Shown here one piece after another: positions 9,458 through 21,200 of a stretch of DNA of 64,000 nucleotides. Source of the stretch: Candidatus Thorarchaeota archaeon (GTDB taxonomy: Archaea > Asgardarchaeota > Thorarchaeia > Thorarchaeales > Thorarchaeaceae); contig RDNZ01000008.1 in NCBI GenBank assembly GCA_011364905.1, forward strand, positions 4,401-68,400, given 5' to 3'. Under the pieces are notes generated by a model that had not been told where the DNA came from, ran no database searches, and saw nothing but the letters and a program-made list of their open reading frames with translations. The position numbers were made by a program, and so were the translations under genes. The first letter of the stretch is position 1, and every line of letters starts with the position of its first letter.

Positions 9458-10492
9458 ATGAAGATAAATTATCGTGAATTCTTCATGCAGAAGATGCTTA
9501 TTTTGTTCAAACCTGAGGACATAGAACTGTCTGCAAAGGAGTTCATTTCTACATATGCATCCTACATGCAAGAGGTCGGAATAGTGGGCAAGGGTCCGGA
9601 TGGTTATGCTTTGTATCCTAGCAAAACTGCACCGGTCAAACAGGAGTACACTGAATTTTTCGCTGAATGGGTTCAGCTCAATGATGCATTAAGCATCCAC
9701 GGCGTTGTGGGGATGGACTTCTATACTGATGGATGGTTTGCACGAGATCCAAAATACCAGACGATGAACGATAAGTCTTTGAAAATGGAGCATCAAATTT
9801 GTCCTAATCGAGAGGAGTTTTGGCAATACGGAGCCGAGATAGTCAAGGAGATTGGCTCTTACCCAATCAATGAGATTCTCCTTTTTGGAACCGGTTTCAT
9901 TCGTGATCACTTTTGTTTCTGCGAACGCTGCAGGAATGAATTTGCACCACTAGTTGATCAAGAGCCAGACCGTCTTAGCTATGCCCTTGTGTCGGAAAAC
10001 GAGGAGTATCATGAGAAATGGCATCAATTTCGCAGTGAGAAGGTGCATCAAGGACTTCAATATCTCCAAGACGCCGCATCTGAATCAGATGAAGCTACAG
10101 GAAGAGAACATCCTCTCAGACTCTCTGTTGAAGTTCTAATTGACCCTGAAACTGGTCTTGCAGAGGGGGCTCGCAATGAGTACGGATATGACTACTCCAA
10201 GATTGGCGAAATTACAAAGAATGTGCTCATTAACTTGTTTCCATGGTCGCCTATTCTCCCGGAGAAAGGAAGTGCAGAATATAGCGAACTTGTGGAATCA
10301 CTCTACTTTGTGAATGAATTCACAAGAAGAGGTGGGAGAGCATCTCTATTCCGATGGGGTGTGACTACCACAGAGCAACTACATGAGTTGAAGGCTCTAG
10401 GGAAAGATGTAGGTATAGATCGAATAGTGGGTACTTTTCACTATCCATCAGACTACTCCCGCAGGCGCGAAAGCGCGATTGGAAACTACTAG
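9458..10492 (+). CDS. Hypothetical protein (weak resemblance to glycoside-hydrolase-like TIM-barrel families)
   Basis: 344-aa ORF filling its interval. ICPNREEFWQYGAEIVKEI...ILLFGTGFIRDHFCFCERCRNEF resembles GHL-type proteins. The functional call is weak. Confidence 0.45.
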   Translation: MKINYREFFMQKMLILFKPEDIELSAKEFISTYASYMQEVGIVGKGPDGYALYPSKTAPVKQEYTEFFAEWVQLNDALSIHGVVGMDFYTDGWFARDPKYQTMNDKSLKMEHQICPNREEFWQYGAEIVKEIGSYPINEILLFGTGFIRDHFCFCERCRNEFAPLVDQEPDRLSYALVSENEEYHEKWHQFRSEKVHQGLQYLQDAASESDEATGREHPLRLSVEVLIDPETGLAEGARNEYGYDYSKIGEITKNVLINLFPWSPILPEKGSAEYSELVESLYFVNEFTRRGGRASLFRWGVTTTEQLHELKALGKDVGIDRIVGTFHYPSDYSRRRESAIGNY

Positions 10493-10495
10493 CAA

Positions 10496-11329
10496 TCACT
10501 GTCTTGCGCTACAGTATGGGCAAACTCGGTTATCAGAACGTATGCTTCTTCCACACGAGAAGCAGAAACTATATCCATCGTTTTCTTTTCGAGCATCATC
10601 TACAAATGGGCTTAGTTCGCCTTGTGAGAACAGAGATCCAATACCTTCGATTGACTCATCGGGTTGGTTGTTACAGACTTTGCGGTCCTCTTCTTGATTA
10701 AAGATGCGACTATCTCCTTGATAGTGGTAGGAATCTGAGGATTGCCTTGATTCAGGCCTTTCATCCCGCCACATTCCAGAACGATCACGGTATTGTGCAG
10801 TAACTGACTGCATTGTTTGATCGAGTGATTCGAAGTCCTGTCTATAGTCGTCAGAGCCATACCCGGGGTCCCGAGCTGGACGATTGGCTACACGATCACT
10901 AGAAGCTTGTTTTTCCCAGCTTGGATCCAGATTTGATAATCCTCTCGCGGTTTCGACGAATCTGATGTGAGAGTCGCTTTTTAGGTGTTCATACTCATCC
11001 AGTGTGAGGCCAAGGATTTCCAACGCGCGATCCCTTTCAGCACATCTCTTTGACAATGGACAGCAGTATGCAAGACTGCCATGACATAGTGATGCCATTG
11101 CCCGATCCTGACGCGACTTGAAGATTGGTGTGATGCGTTTGCTCCCGAGAACAAGTGAGTCCCCAACGGTCCTTAGCTCAGAATATCCACTCTGGGCTAG
11201 AGCTTCAATGATCTCTCTGGCGGGATATGCCCGCCCTTCAATGATGATGTGTCCTTCTGTCTTGTCAAGTCGAACAGGTCGCTCGCTGTCCTTGTTACCA
11301 TCATAGCTAGAATATCTCGTGTTACCCAC
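10496..11329 (-). CDS. Hypothetical protein with C-terminal zinc ribbon
   Basis: 277 aa. C-terminal CFSCGRSIRSDNRVCPYC (CxxC-x10-CxxC), central Cys cluster CHGSLAYCCPLSKRC, low-complexity acidic/Ser-rich linker. Confidence 0.5.
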   Translation of the reverse strand: MGNTRYSSYDGNKDSERPVRLDKTEGHIIIEGRAYPAREIIEALAQSGYSELRTVGDSLVLGSKRITPIFKSRQDRAMASLCHGSLAYCCPLSKRCAERDRALEILGLTLDEYEHLKSDSHIRFVETARGLSNLDPSWEKQASSDRVANRPARDPGYGSDDYRQDFESLDQTMQSVTAQYRDRSGMWRDERPESRQSSDSYHYQGDSRIFNQEEDRKVCNNQPDESIEGIGSLFSQGELSPFVDDARKENDGYSFCFSCGRSIRSDNRVCPYCSARQ

Positions 11330-11470
11330 CTCTCAGAATACTGAATAGATGTCATATTGTCATGTCCTCTGAACAATACAGGTGTATGTATTATCTGGGT
11401 CTGACGCGGGATAGTTATATACTCGCGAAGCATTATCAACGTCCAGCGACCCTTTGGAGGACAAAAAGAA

Positions 11471-11842
11471 ATGGGACTAAAAGCTGAAGGTGCCGCTCAG
11501 GGATATACTGTCCTTGGAGGCATTGTGCTTCTGGTTTATGCTTTCGAACGTATCTATCAAGCCATGATAGGTCCAGGAATTGACACTCTAGATGGAATCA
11601 TAGAAGTTCTTCTTGCCATTGTACTCATCGTCATGGTGGCTCTAGCATTTGATGCCTGCGGATTCATATCTTGGAAGGTCCACAAGTCTGGGGCGCTCTT
11701 AAGCCTCTTTGGACTTATTATCATCTTGATCGTTTCCTATCCAGCCATAACAATTAACCCAATCGCTTGGCTCCGAAGTCTATACACCCTTGCGGGTCTC
11801 ATGATTCTATTGGGCGGACTCCTCCTCGTATTCAGAAAGTAG
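11471..11842 (+). CDS. Small integral membrane protein (about 4 TM helices)
   Basis: 123 aa, four hydrophobic segments. GGAGG lies 12-13 nt upstream of the ATG. Confidence 0.55.
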   Translation: MGLKAEGAAQGYTVLGGIVLLVYAFERIYQAMIGPGIDTLDGIIEVLLAIVLIVMVALAFDACGFISWKVHKSGALLSLFGLIIILIVSYPAITINPIAWLRSLYTLAGLMILLGGLLLVFRK

Positions 11843-11915
11843 GTCTTTCACCTCGCTCACATCGGTAATTAGATAATGGGGATATAATCCTCAACGAACG
11901 TTCACTTCACAGAAG

Positions 11916-13271
11916 GTGAATGATATGGACGACAAACACACTCAGATCTTGAAGGAGCTCGGGTTTACGATTGACAAAAGCATGATGACCAATGAATATT
12001 GGAAGAAACGAGCGGCGGAAGCACTTGCTCTTACTACTCAAGACCGTGATGTATATGGATGCCTTGACCATACAGTAGGTGAGGGCGTCCAGCTGTTCGA
12101 TGTTGAAGGGACAGAATATCTTGATGTCACCGGAGGTGTCGCTGTTAGAGCACTTGGCCTCAGAAACAAATCCCTCCTCGAATTCGAAGAACGTATTTTG
12201 GATGTTGTCCACGAACTGCCAGGTATGGACTTTGATGCTATACCTCAAACTCTCTTGGCTGAACGCGTTATGGGAATTACACCTGGCAATCATAAGAAAC
12301 AGGTTGCATTCACAACGTCCGGAGGTCGAGCTGTAGAAGGATGTTTGAAGTCTGCATTGGACCTGTCAAACAAACGAAGAGTTGTTGCTTTCAGACCTGC
12401 TTTTCATGGTCGAACCGGATATGCTCTTGCACTCACAGCATCGAATTCCAGACACAAATCAGGATTTCCACAAGGATTGGATGTAATCAGGGTTCCATAT
12501 CCCTATTGCTACAGATGTCCTTACAACACTAACGCAGAGGATTGTAGTCTTGAGTGTGTTGAAGAACTCAGATACGCATTACAAGTGGAGGGAAATGACA
12601 TTGCAATCACAGTGATGGAACCAATATGCGGCGAGGGGGGTCTCATTGTGCCTCCATCTAAGGCAGTTCAAGGCATCTATGACCTAACGCGTGAAGTCGG
12701 AGCCTACTTCATGTCTGATGAGGTTCAAGCCGGAATGGGCCGAACAGGCAAATGGTGTGCGATCGAGAATCATGGTGTTGTTCCTGATTATGTTTCAATG
12801 GGCAAAGCCATTGGTGGTGGTTATCCAATGGGCGCCTCAATAGGGCCCTCACCCATGTTCTCAGGGATTGCACGTCATTCCGAAACTTTCTCTGCAGAGC
12901 CAAAGATGTCACTCCTTTCCCTATGGGTCATCAAAACACTAGAAGATGGTGAATATCTCCGAAAGAATAGAGAGAATGGTGAATATCTCATGAAACGTCT
13001 GAATGAACTGAGGGACAGACATGAGGTTGTTGGAGATATCAGAGGAATTGGTCTTATGATTGGAGTCGAATTCGTCAAAGACAAGAAATCCAAAGAAAAA
13101 GATCCAAAGCTTCGGAATAGTATTGTGAAAAACGCGGTCCAAGTGCAAAAAATGTGGATGCTTGGTGCAGGACAAAATGTGATCCGTTTCACTCCAAGCT
13201 ATATCATCTCAAGGGACAATATCGATGATGCCGTAGACCGTCTTGATAGAGCAATCAAAGCTTCTGTCTAG
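11916..13271 (+). CDS. Class-III pyridoxal-phosphate-dependent aminotransferase (acetylornithine/GABA aminotransferase family)
   Basis: TTSGGRAVEGCLK, AFHGRTGYALALT, DEVQAGMGRTGKW, and SMGKAIGGGYPMGA with the Schiff-base lysine. GTG at 11916 or ATG at 11925 could be the start. Confidence 0.85.
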   Translation: MNDMDDKHTQILKELGFTIDKSMMTNEYWKKRAAEALALTTQDRDVYGCLDHTVGEGVQLFDVEGTEYLDVTGGVAVRALGLRNKSLLEFEERILDVVHELPGMDFDAIPQTLLAERVMGITPGNHKKQVAFTTSGGRAVEGCLKSALDLSNKRRVVAFRPAFHGRTGYALALTASNSRHKSGFPQGLDVIRVPYPYCYRCPYNTNAEDCSLECVEELRYALQVEGNDIAITVMEPICGEGGLIVPPSKAVQGIYDLTREVGAYFMSDEVQAGMGRTGKWCAIENHGVVPDYVSMGKAIGGGYPMGASIGPSPMFSGIARHSETFSAEPKMSLLSLWVIKTLEDGEYLRKNRENGEYLMKRLNELRDRHEVVGDIRGIGLMIGVEFVKDKKSKEKDPKLRNSIVKNAVQVQKMWMLGAGQNVIRFTPSYIISRDNIDDAVDRLDRAIKASV

Positions 13272-13330
13272 TACAGAAAAAAGAAGAAGACCCATCTCTA
13301 GTCCAAAGACAAGAGATGAGTGCTCTACGT

Positions 13331-13663
13331 TTACAGTAGCCAGAGAATTGAGCCAATGATGACGAGTATGCCACCAATGTCGCTTGCGAACAGAACCATC
13401 AGGATACCAACAATGAGTACGACGATGAATTTGTTCGTCTTTCCAAAGTCTAAAGCTTTAATCTTGAGGAAACCGCTGTTCACTAATGCGATAAGTGAGA
13501 ATATGATCGCAAGAATGCCCAAGACAATCGCGTTAAGGTATCCTCCTAGTGGATTGAAAAACATGAAACCCCCACCTGGGATTAGAAGTAGGATTCCTTG
13601 GATTAAGCCGATAAGAGCACCAATGAGAACCAATAGGTCTCCAATTTGCTTCAGATTCGCCAT
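13331..13663 (-). CDS. Small integral membrane protein
   Basis: 110 aa, almost entirely hydrophobic helices (LLVLIGALIGLIQGILLLIPGGG...). Confidence 0.5.
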   Translation of the reverse strand: MANLKQIGDLLVLIGALIGLIQGILLLIPGGGFMFFNPLGGYLNAIVLGILAIIFSLIALVNSGFLKIKALDFGKTNKFIVVLIVGILMVLFASDIGGILVIIGSILWLL

Positions 13664-13816
13664 TTTTTCTTTTTTCTCCTTCTACGTATACACCCCTCAA
13701 AAGGGCTTAGAGACGCACATCTGCACAGTATTTAATGTTATCGACTAAATTAACAAACGTTAATTTGTAATGTGAACCTATAAGGGTGGGATTTTGTTAA
13801 AGCGTACTGGATATGA

Positions 13817-15163
13817 TTGCAAAAGGCGGTTAGAAAAGTGAATACTTCAACTCCAAATGATATGCATGATAGCTCTTCTCAAGAGTTGGAGTTTGAAGGG
13901 GGTATCAATCCTAGAATCGACATCCCCAATGGTGGTGAGATTCTTATTATAAGCAATGACCAGTCCTATCTGACGCATGGGATCCACAAGTTTCCAGCTA
14001 AGTTCTTTCCTGAACTGCCCCGTTATCTAATCCAGAAATATTCAGTTGCTGGTGAAACAGTTCTCGATCCAATGTGTGGGAGCGGGACCGTGGTCTTAGA
14101 GGCCATTTTAAACAATCGGATTGGAATCGGGATTGATATAGACCCAATCGCGAGATTGATTACAAAAGTAAAGACCACTACTATTGATCCTGGATTTCTA
14201 ATCAAATCAGCAAGAAACCTTGTCAAACAGATCCATGAACTTGATAGTCTGCCTGATTATCAGCCTTCGATACCTGAATTTCACTATCGAGAGAACTGGT
14301 TTCGTTCGTATGTGTTGCGCGAGTTGGCAATAATCACTGAGAGTATTGATAATCTATTCTTGCCAAAGCAAAACGATACCATGTTTCACGACATCCGTGA
14401 CTTCTGCCGAGTTGTACTTTCTTCTATCATTAGAGATGTTTCTAATGCGGATCCACATTGCACACGCACGGTTCTTAGAAAGAAAGTGGTGAAGAATATT
14501 CGCCCTGGTGATACGCTTAAGAAATTCTCCGAAACCATCTTTCGTCAGTGTGACTCAATGTGTGAGTTTTTTGATGTCTCTCAAGCACTAACCTTCAAAG
14601 ACGTGCGGCTCCCAGATAGGAATGCGCTCAAAACTGGATTGGACAGTGACACCATCGACCTGATAATAACTTCGCCTCCATACATCAATGCTGTGGATTA
14701 CCCTCGAACACACCAGTTAGAGATGTACTGGCTAGGTCTTCTAGGGGATGGTCCACTTTCCCGCTTGAAACGGACTTACATTGGAACTGAGACTGTTTAC
14801 AAGGAAGAGTATGAACATCTAAAGACCACTGGTTATGAAACCCTGGACCCAATACTTGAGGAGATATACGAGAAAGACCCTCGACGATCCTTCATCGTTT
14901 TCAAATTCTTTGATGATATGAAGTCCCAGCTTGAAGAGATGTACAGGATACTCAAGCCAGGGGGCCATTATTGTATCACAATTGGCAGTAATCAAATTCG
15001 TGGAGTGGAAGTCCGTTCAGACCGGATTCTCGCTGAAATTGCTACTGCAGGAATGGGATTCGAGCAGGAAAACACTTTCTTCTCGAAACTCATTCGTCAC
15101 TTTATCAGAATTCCTCGACCTGAACGGATGCTGGGCGAGTGGATTTTAATCTTGAGAAAGTGA
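13817..15163 (+). CDS. SAM-dependent N6A/N4C-type DNA methyltransferase, motif I before motif IV (permuted order), no partner nuclease
   Basis: Motif I VLDPMCGSGTVVLEA...IGIGIDIDP near residue 85, catalytic motif IV DLIITSPPYINAVDY near residue 285, then RILKPGGHYCITIG. Start is ambiguous (TTG 13817, GTG 13838, ATG 13862). Confidence 0.7.
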   Translation: MQKAVRKVNTSTPNDMHDSSSQELEFEGGINPRIDIPNGGEILIISNDQSYLTHGIHKFPAKFFPELPRYLIQKYSVAGETVLDPMCGSGTVVLEAILNNRIGIGIDIDPIARLITKVKTTTIDPGFLIKSARNLVKQIHELDSLPDYQPSIPEFHYRENWFRSYVLRELAIITESIDNLFLPKQNDTMFHDIRDFCRVVLSSIIRDVSNADPHCTRTVLRKKVVKNIRPGDTLKKFSETIFRQCDSMCEFFDVSQALTFKDVRLPDRNALKTGLDSDTIDLIITSPPYINAVDYPRTHQLEMYWLGLLGDGPLSRLKRTYIGTETVYKEEYEHLKTTGYETLDPILEEIYEKDPRRSFIVFKFFDDMKSQLEEMYRILKPGGHYCITIGSNQIRGVEVRSDRILAEIATAGMGFEQENTFFSKLIRHFIRIPRPERMLGEWILILRK

Positions 15164-15200
15164 TTCCGATTCTGAACGGTACTCGCGTTTCCTTTCCGCA

Positions 15201-18200
15201 TCATTTCTTAGCATCAAGATCCGCGTCGATACTTTTCAGGAGTTCATCAATTAGGGCACTAGGAAGATTCTTCGCTTGTTTCAGAATTGATGCGATTTCC
15301 TCTTGTGGTAAACCTCTTTGTTCAAGTTGTTCACGGAGATTTTCAATCTCAAGATCGCTCAATCGGTCCTCGAACTCCACCTCTTTAATTGGCACTTCAA
15401 GCTCTGTGTCTTCGATCGATTCGAGAAACGCCTGAATCTTCTCTCTCGGAGCTGTTTTTGCTTCCTCAATTATGGCGTCAATTTCCTGTTTCGGAACTTT
15501 CTTCCGGACCAATTCGGCGCGTAGGTCCTCTCGTTCCTTGTCTGATAACGTATCGACTTTCTTTCTGGGTTTTTTCTTGGTTTTTGTTTCTGGCTTTTTG
15601 AAGAACTCAAGAGCAAGTTCTCTTGGCAGCTCTCTGGCCTGCTCCATAATCGAATCTATTTCACGTTCACTTGCCTTTCGCTTGATCAACTCAGAACGAA
15701 GATCCTCTAACTCCTTTTCAGATAGATGTTCTACTTCTCCTTCTTCTATTTCTGGTTTCTTCCTAGGTGTGAAACCTTCCAGCAGCATCTGAACTACATC
15801 CTTCGGTAGATCTCTGGCTTGAGTGACGAATGACTCGATCTCATGAGATGGAATGCCACGTTTCTCTAGCTGCTCTGCCATTTCTGCTAATTCTATTTCA
15901 CGTAGTCGATGTTCAAAATCGAGACCAGTTTCCTCCTCTTCTGAGACCTCTGTATCTTCTTCGAGATCTTCATAGAGATCTGGTTTGGCTACGGTTGCAG
16001 CTCCCCCAATCCTCTTTCTTCTTTCTTCCACGACCTCGTCCATGACCTGCTCTACAGACTTGTTTTGAACCCCTGCAACCCTAATTGCCTCTTGCCCAAT
16101 TACCTCTCTCACAAAGCTAGTTTGTTGACTCATTTTCATCTTTGCAATCTCAAACTTGAAGTCGTCAAGCTCTTGTTGAGTCATTCCAGTGAGAATTGCA
16201 AGGTCAATAATCAGTTCATCTATTTCGGGGACTTCTATAATGATGGACTCTGCTGGTAGTTGAGAAGCTTTTCTCTTTATTCCAATTGGCTCATTCAATT
16301 CATTGAATAGTTCTGCAACGATGGCTTGTCTTGACCGCATACCCTTCGCTGGTTTTGGCACCTTATTCCTGCGTAGTCGTCGGACCTGACCACTGATTAT
16401 TCTAATTATCTTCGGCACCCTCAAAATCCTTACCCACAGGACACCGAAAAGAATCATGAAGATGATAAATGCACCACCAACTGTCATTACGAACCGTTGC
16501 GTAAGTTGTTCACTTGATGGGCTGACAGAGATCGAAAGCGCCACGTCATCAGCAACATAGTATGTCTTGTTGAAGTGAATTGTCACATCTGCAACACCAG
16601 TTCTATCCGTTGCTGTGACACGGAACAGATAGTAACCCTGGCGACTTTCATCCGGACCAAGATACTCGACCTTGGCAAATAGGGGTCCTTTATTATCTAT
16701 AGTAATCATGGCCTCAGTAATGCCCTCTGAAGGATGTCCTGGCCACGCGTCTGAATAATAGATCGAGAAAGTAGTGTTCATTCCCCAATGAAGCGATATC
16801 ACTTCTGGTCCCATGACCTCAAGATTCGTTTGAATCTCGATGATTTGAATATCGAAGTCAAATACTGCTGTAGTACGGTTTTCGAGAGCGAGTTGAATGT
16901 GAAACGATATCGTTAGATCCAAATCCCAGTCAAGTGTGTTAAAGACAAATGTGTAATTACCAAATCCTTGATCGGATAAAGTGAGTGGTTCTTCATAGAC
17001 ACCCCTTCCACTATAGAACGAACCATTGAAGATTCCATCAGGAATTCCCATTGCAGCGTAGGTGTCATTGTACAATAGTGTGATAGTTAGTATGTCTCCA
17101 TATGGGACTTGTAGATGTGCCCATGAGTCTCCGATTTGATATAATTCTGGTAGAAGAATTGAGATGTCAGTGGGGACTGGGGCAATATGAATTCTAATCG
17201 TTGTTTCCACATTATCATAGTTTGCCTTTCGGAATTCCATCGCAATGGTGTATGTACCTGGTCTCAATGTTGCTGTATCTATTGGGATGCCATAGACTCC
17301 TTCGCCAAGATAGGATGCACTGCCAACTCCTCCTGCCCAGGAGAACGTGAATGTATCTGCCTCCATGCCCTGGGCATGATAACTATCATAGTATGTAACA
17401 TTGACCAGCCCTGCCCATCCCCAATCAAATTCACCGGTTCCCGGTTGTATAATAATTGCCTCTAGATTCTTCACGAATATTGATGTGGAATTGTCTGCTC
17501 TCTCATAATCATCACTTGGTGCATTAGCAGAAATGATGAAGGTGTGCAGTCCAGTAATGTCTATGCTCGTATTGAAGTCATAGTAATAATATCCTGGTCC
17601 TCCTATTGATGCCCCATTCGTGAGTGTCCCATTTTTGGCGAGTTCTGGCGAGTTCCATGTCACAAAAAGCCCATCCAAACCTGTAGAAAATGGATATGAC
17701 GCGTTAAGGGCTGGAGCAAGAACATATACTCCAATTCTGACGACATCAGACCAATTGATAGGGTTGGATTCGTAAGCTGCAGTGATATTGTCGAACCAAA
17801 CGACCATCTGAATCTTTGATATCGCCATAATCAGCGTTGTCGATGCATCCGCGTAGTTTTGTTTTCCAGCATTCACATGAATCTGGTAACTTCCGAAACC
17901 AGCAGATCCAGTTGATATAAGAAATCTGTAGTATCCTGGTCTGCTTGGTATTTCTGTCAATGTGAGGTTGCCCTCATAATCCCACCACGCTGATACATAT
18001 GCTTCAGTCACAAGACTGTCATCAAGAGAGTCTCCAATATACACAATTACTTCTTCAGCATCTCCCTGGGAAACTGTGAAGACATAATTATTACCTTCTG
18101 GAATGACTTCCATGGGTCTTGGCAGTAACCTGAAAACTAGCTGCTCTGTAGCATCAATGTAGTTTGGTGCACTGCCTTTGATTACAACGATTATTGTATC

Positions 18201-21200
18201 AGATACTGTGCCAGAGCTAGTATCCAGAATTGCAGTGTAATTGCCGGGTACACCGGATGGGATGAATGGACCAACTCCACCATCCCAGTCAAATGTGATA
18301 GTTGCTAATGATACTGTCTGATTCCTCAATGTGTCATTCAAAGATGCGAAAATTGTGAGAGGTTCACCCCAATATACCTCATTTGTAGACCTTGGTCCAC
18401 TCCAGGCTATAATTAGGTTGGATGGGACTGCAAGGAGATTAATATCAACTTTCAACGTATTAATCGAATAATGCAAGAGATTTGCGCCCACAGTCAAAAT
18501 TTGCGAGCCATAGTTCAAATTGACTGTCTGAAGTGTCAGGTTATAGCTACCATTTCCAAGGTCATCATATGAGTTTGAGTCACTCCAAGTGAGATCGAGA
18601 GTGGCTCCAGCAAGTGGGCTATCGTTGTCATCAGAGTCAACAAGGTATATCATGACCGATGTGGCATAGCCTGCATAGTTTGCAGGAGCAACATCTGCTG
18701 AAAGTCCTGCAACTCTGTTCCTTAATCCAAACACTACAGCTGTCTGAGCGGTTTGATATTGAGACATAGCAATTGTCACATTTACTGTTTTCAGACCTGC
18801 ACTTATCGAATCCATCATGCTCAGAATAATGTTATATTGTCCACCACCTAATGCTTGGACAGTCCATGAGGATGGTTCCAGTCCTGATGGCTCGTATCTG
18901 ACTATTATCTGCCCTTCTGCTCCGTTTATTGGGACTGCATGGTCAGTATCATTGAATTGTATCACAAAAGAAACATCTTCATAAAATGCAACAACTGAGG
19001 GCGATGGCAATCCACTTGAAACAGATGTTTGAATTGCACGGACCACCCCATGTACCTCTGGTGAGCTGATATTTACATAAAATGGACTTACCAAAGCACT
19101 CCATTGTACTTCAATTGAGAATGTGAAAACGCCAATGCTTCCTAAAGAGGATGTGCTGATAAGAATTTCATACTTTCCCGAATCAATGCCTGTTCCCATT
19201 TGTACCCAATAGTCCAGTCCCTCAGCAAGACCCGGTACTTCAACACAATCGAGAACTATAGTTGCACCCTCTATTCCGTTTCTTTTCCTAAGATCAGTGT
19301 AGATCAAGTTTATACTCATTAGGTCTCCAATTGGCGTTTCTTCAATTTGACTTAACTCGACAGTTCCCACTCTGCCAACAGTGTTAACAAAGATTGAGAC
19401 TGCGTCATCCTTGTAATAAGGTGCTCCGCCAGTCCAACCAACCTGAATTGTTATGTTCCAGCTACTTACCAGGTTTGCAGCTATCACAGTAGAATTGATT
19501 TGTAGTCGAAATATTGAGCCAATTGGCTGAACCACATACTCACCAGATGCAAGAAGGATTCCTCCGCTGAATATCGTGATATCATTGAGAGAAACTAGCA
19601 CTCTTGCGCCCGTCGATATATCGACAAACGTAAAGTCCAATGTCACGTTATCAAGGTACCATGTCTGACCTGGTGGAAATACAATCTCAACATTTGATGG
19701 TCGCTCAGTGACAGGAATGTTGATTGCACGTAGTGCTTCGTTGTAGTAAGGCGATCCCGCAGACCAGTTGGCTGTAACCTGTATTGTTTTCACTCCTGGA
19801 ATTCCAAGAACTGATGTATCTATTGAGATTAGGTATTGACCTGGGCTATTCTCATTGATTATATAGTCGATGGATGGCTCAAGTAGTACCACTCCATAAT
19901 GGAGATAGATTGTTCCACCTGATATGCCTAAGGAGGTTGATGCATCCTTATACAGAATAGTGAAGTTTGCATAGTCCTGGTAAAGAGTTTGAGATGGTGA
20001 TGAAATCAAATCCAGACTTGTGTCGCGCTCCTTCATCTCGAAAGGCACAAGTATATCGTTCCAATCATAGAACGGTGCAGCAAATTCAGAACTGAAGTTC
20101 AACCAAAGATGATAGGTGCGTCCCAACTCGAGTGGTTGGTTATAGGTTTCAACTGTGAGGAGATAGTTCTGGTGTGAGGGTCTCCAGGAACAAGTGAATA
20201 GCCAATCTGTTCCATTAAGAATCTCTAGAGCTACTATAATTCCAGTATCGTTTCCTATCGGCAAAAAGGTGTCGAGGTCTTGATAATGCAAGACTATGCT
20301 GAAAGAGTTCTCATAAGGAACTGATGCAACAGGTTCCGCAGTCAACAGGGTGGATCGTGGACTGACAGTAAGGCTCTTTGTTCCACTTCTGCTCTGATAA
20401 TAAAACTGCTCAGATGAAGCTTCCACTCTCAATGAATAGAGTCCCGGTTGGCTGAAATACGATGTGTTCAGGTCCACACGATATTCTCCCGAACCTAAAT
20501 CTGTAACCTGAATATAATTGGAGGGAATCAAATCTACTCCAACATATACCTCAATCGTGGTGTTAAGAACTGCCTTGGAGGTTGAACCAGCAATATCAGT
20601 GTACGAAACAGTGAATGAAACATTGTTGCCGTATGGTGTGGCGGGAGGTGTAGGATAGGTCAGAATTGTCTGACGTTCCACTATCGTTATGCCGATGTTT
20701 CGTCCTGTTACGTTCGAATAGAATGGCAATCCACTCCAAGCAAGATTCAGTACTAGTGTTCTTGCTCCCAGTGGAGCTCCCAATTGACTTGTGTTGAATG
20801 AAACTTCATACAATCCTTCTAGGGAACTATAGGTCAGTGTGAAATCTGGTACATTTAGTGAAATCGTCATAACTGCGGGGTTGTAATCTATAGGGCTGGA
20901 TAAGCCTCCAGTCGTATCTTCATAAGTGAATGAGAATGTTGCATTTTCGCCAAAGGGCACATTGGTCGGAGGGATGACGGAGAGCGACGCAGTCCTAGGA
21001 AGGACTCTCACAGAAATCAAGTCAGTCCTGTTTGTGTAGAATGGAACCACACCAGCGGACCAGTTTATGAAAACTCTCATTGAAAAGATTCCAGTTCCTC
21101 CAACTATTGAATTGTTGAATCCGATTGAATACTCTCCTTTCCTGTTGACACTGTCTATCTCCCAAATGTCCACTATGGATAAATCAACGGAAGCGCCGAC

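Noticed and set aside
13747-13766. 8-bp inverted repeat AAATTAAC-AAAC-GTTAATTT in the divergent intergenic region before the methyltransferase.
   Set aside because: It is entirely A/T-rich in an AT-rich spacer, so chance occurrence is plausible. There is no second copy in the window.
13817-15163. Restriction-modification or other defence island around the methyltransferase.
   Set aside because: No nuclease, helicase, specificity subunit, toxin-antitoxin or integrase genes are adjacent. The flanking genes are a small membrane protein, an aminotransferase and the giant surface protein.
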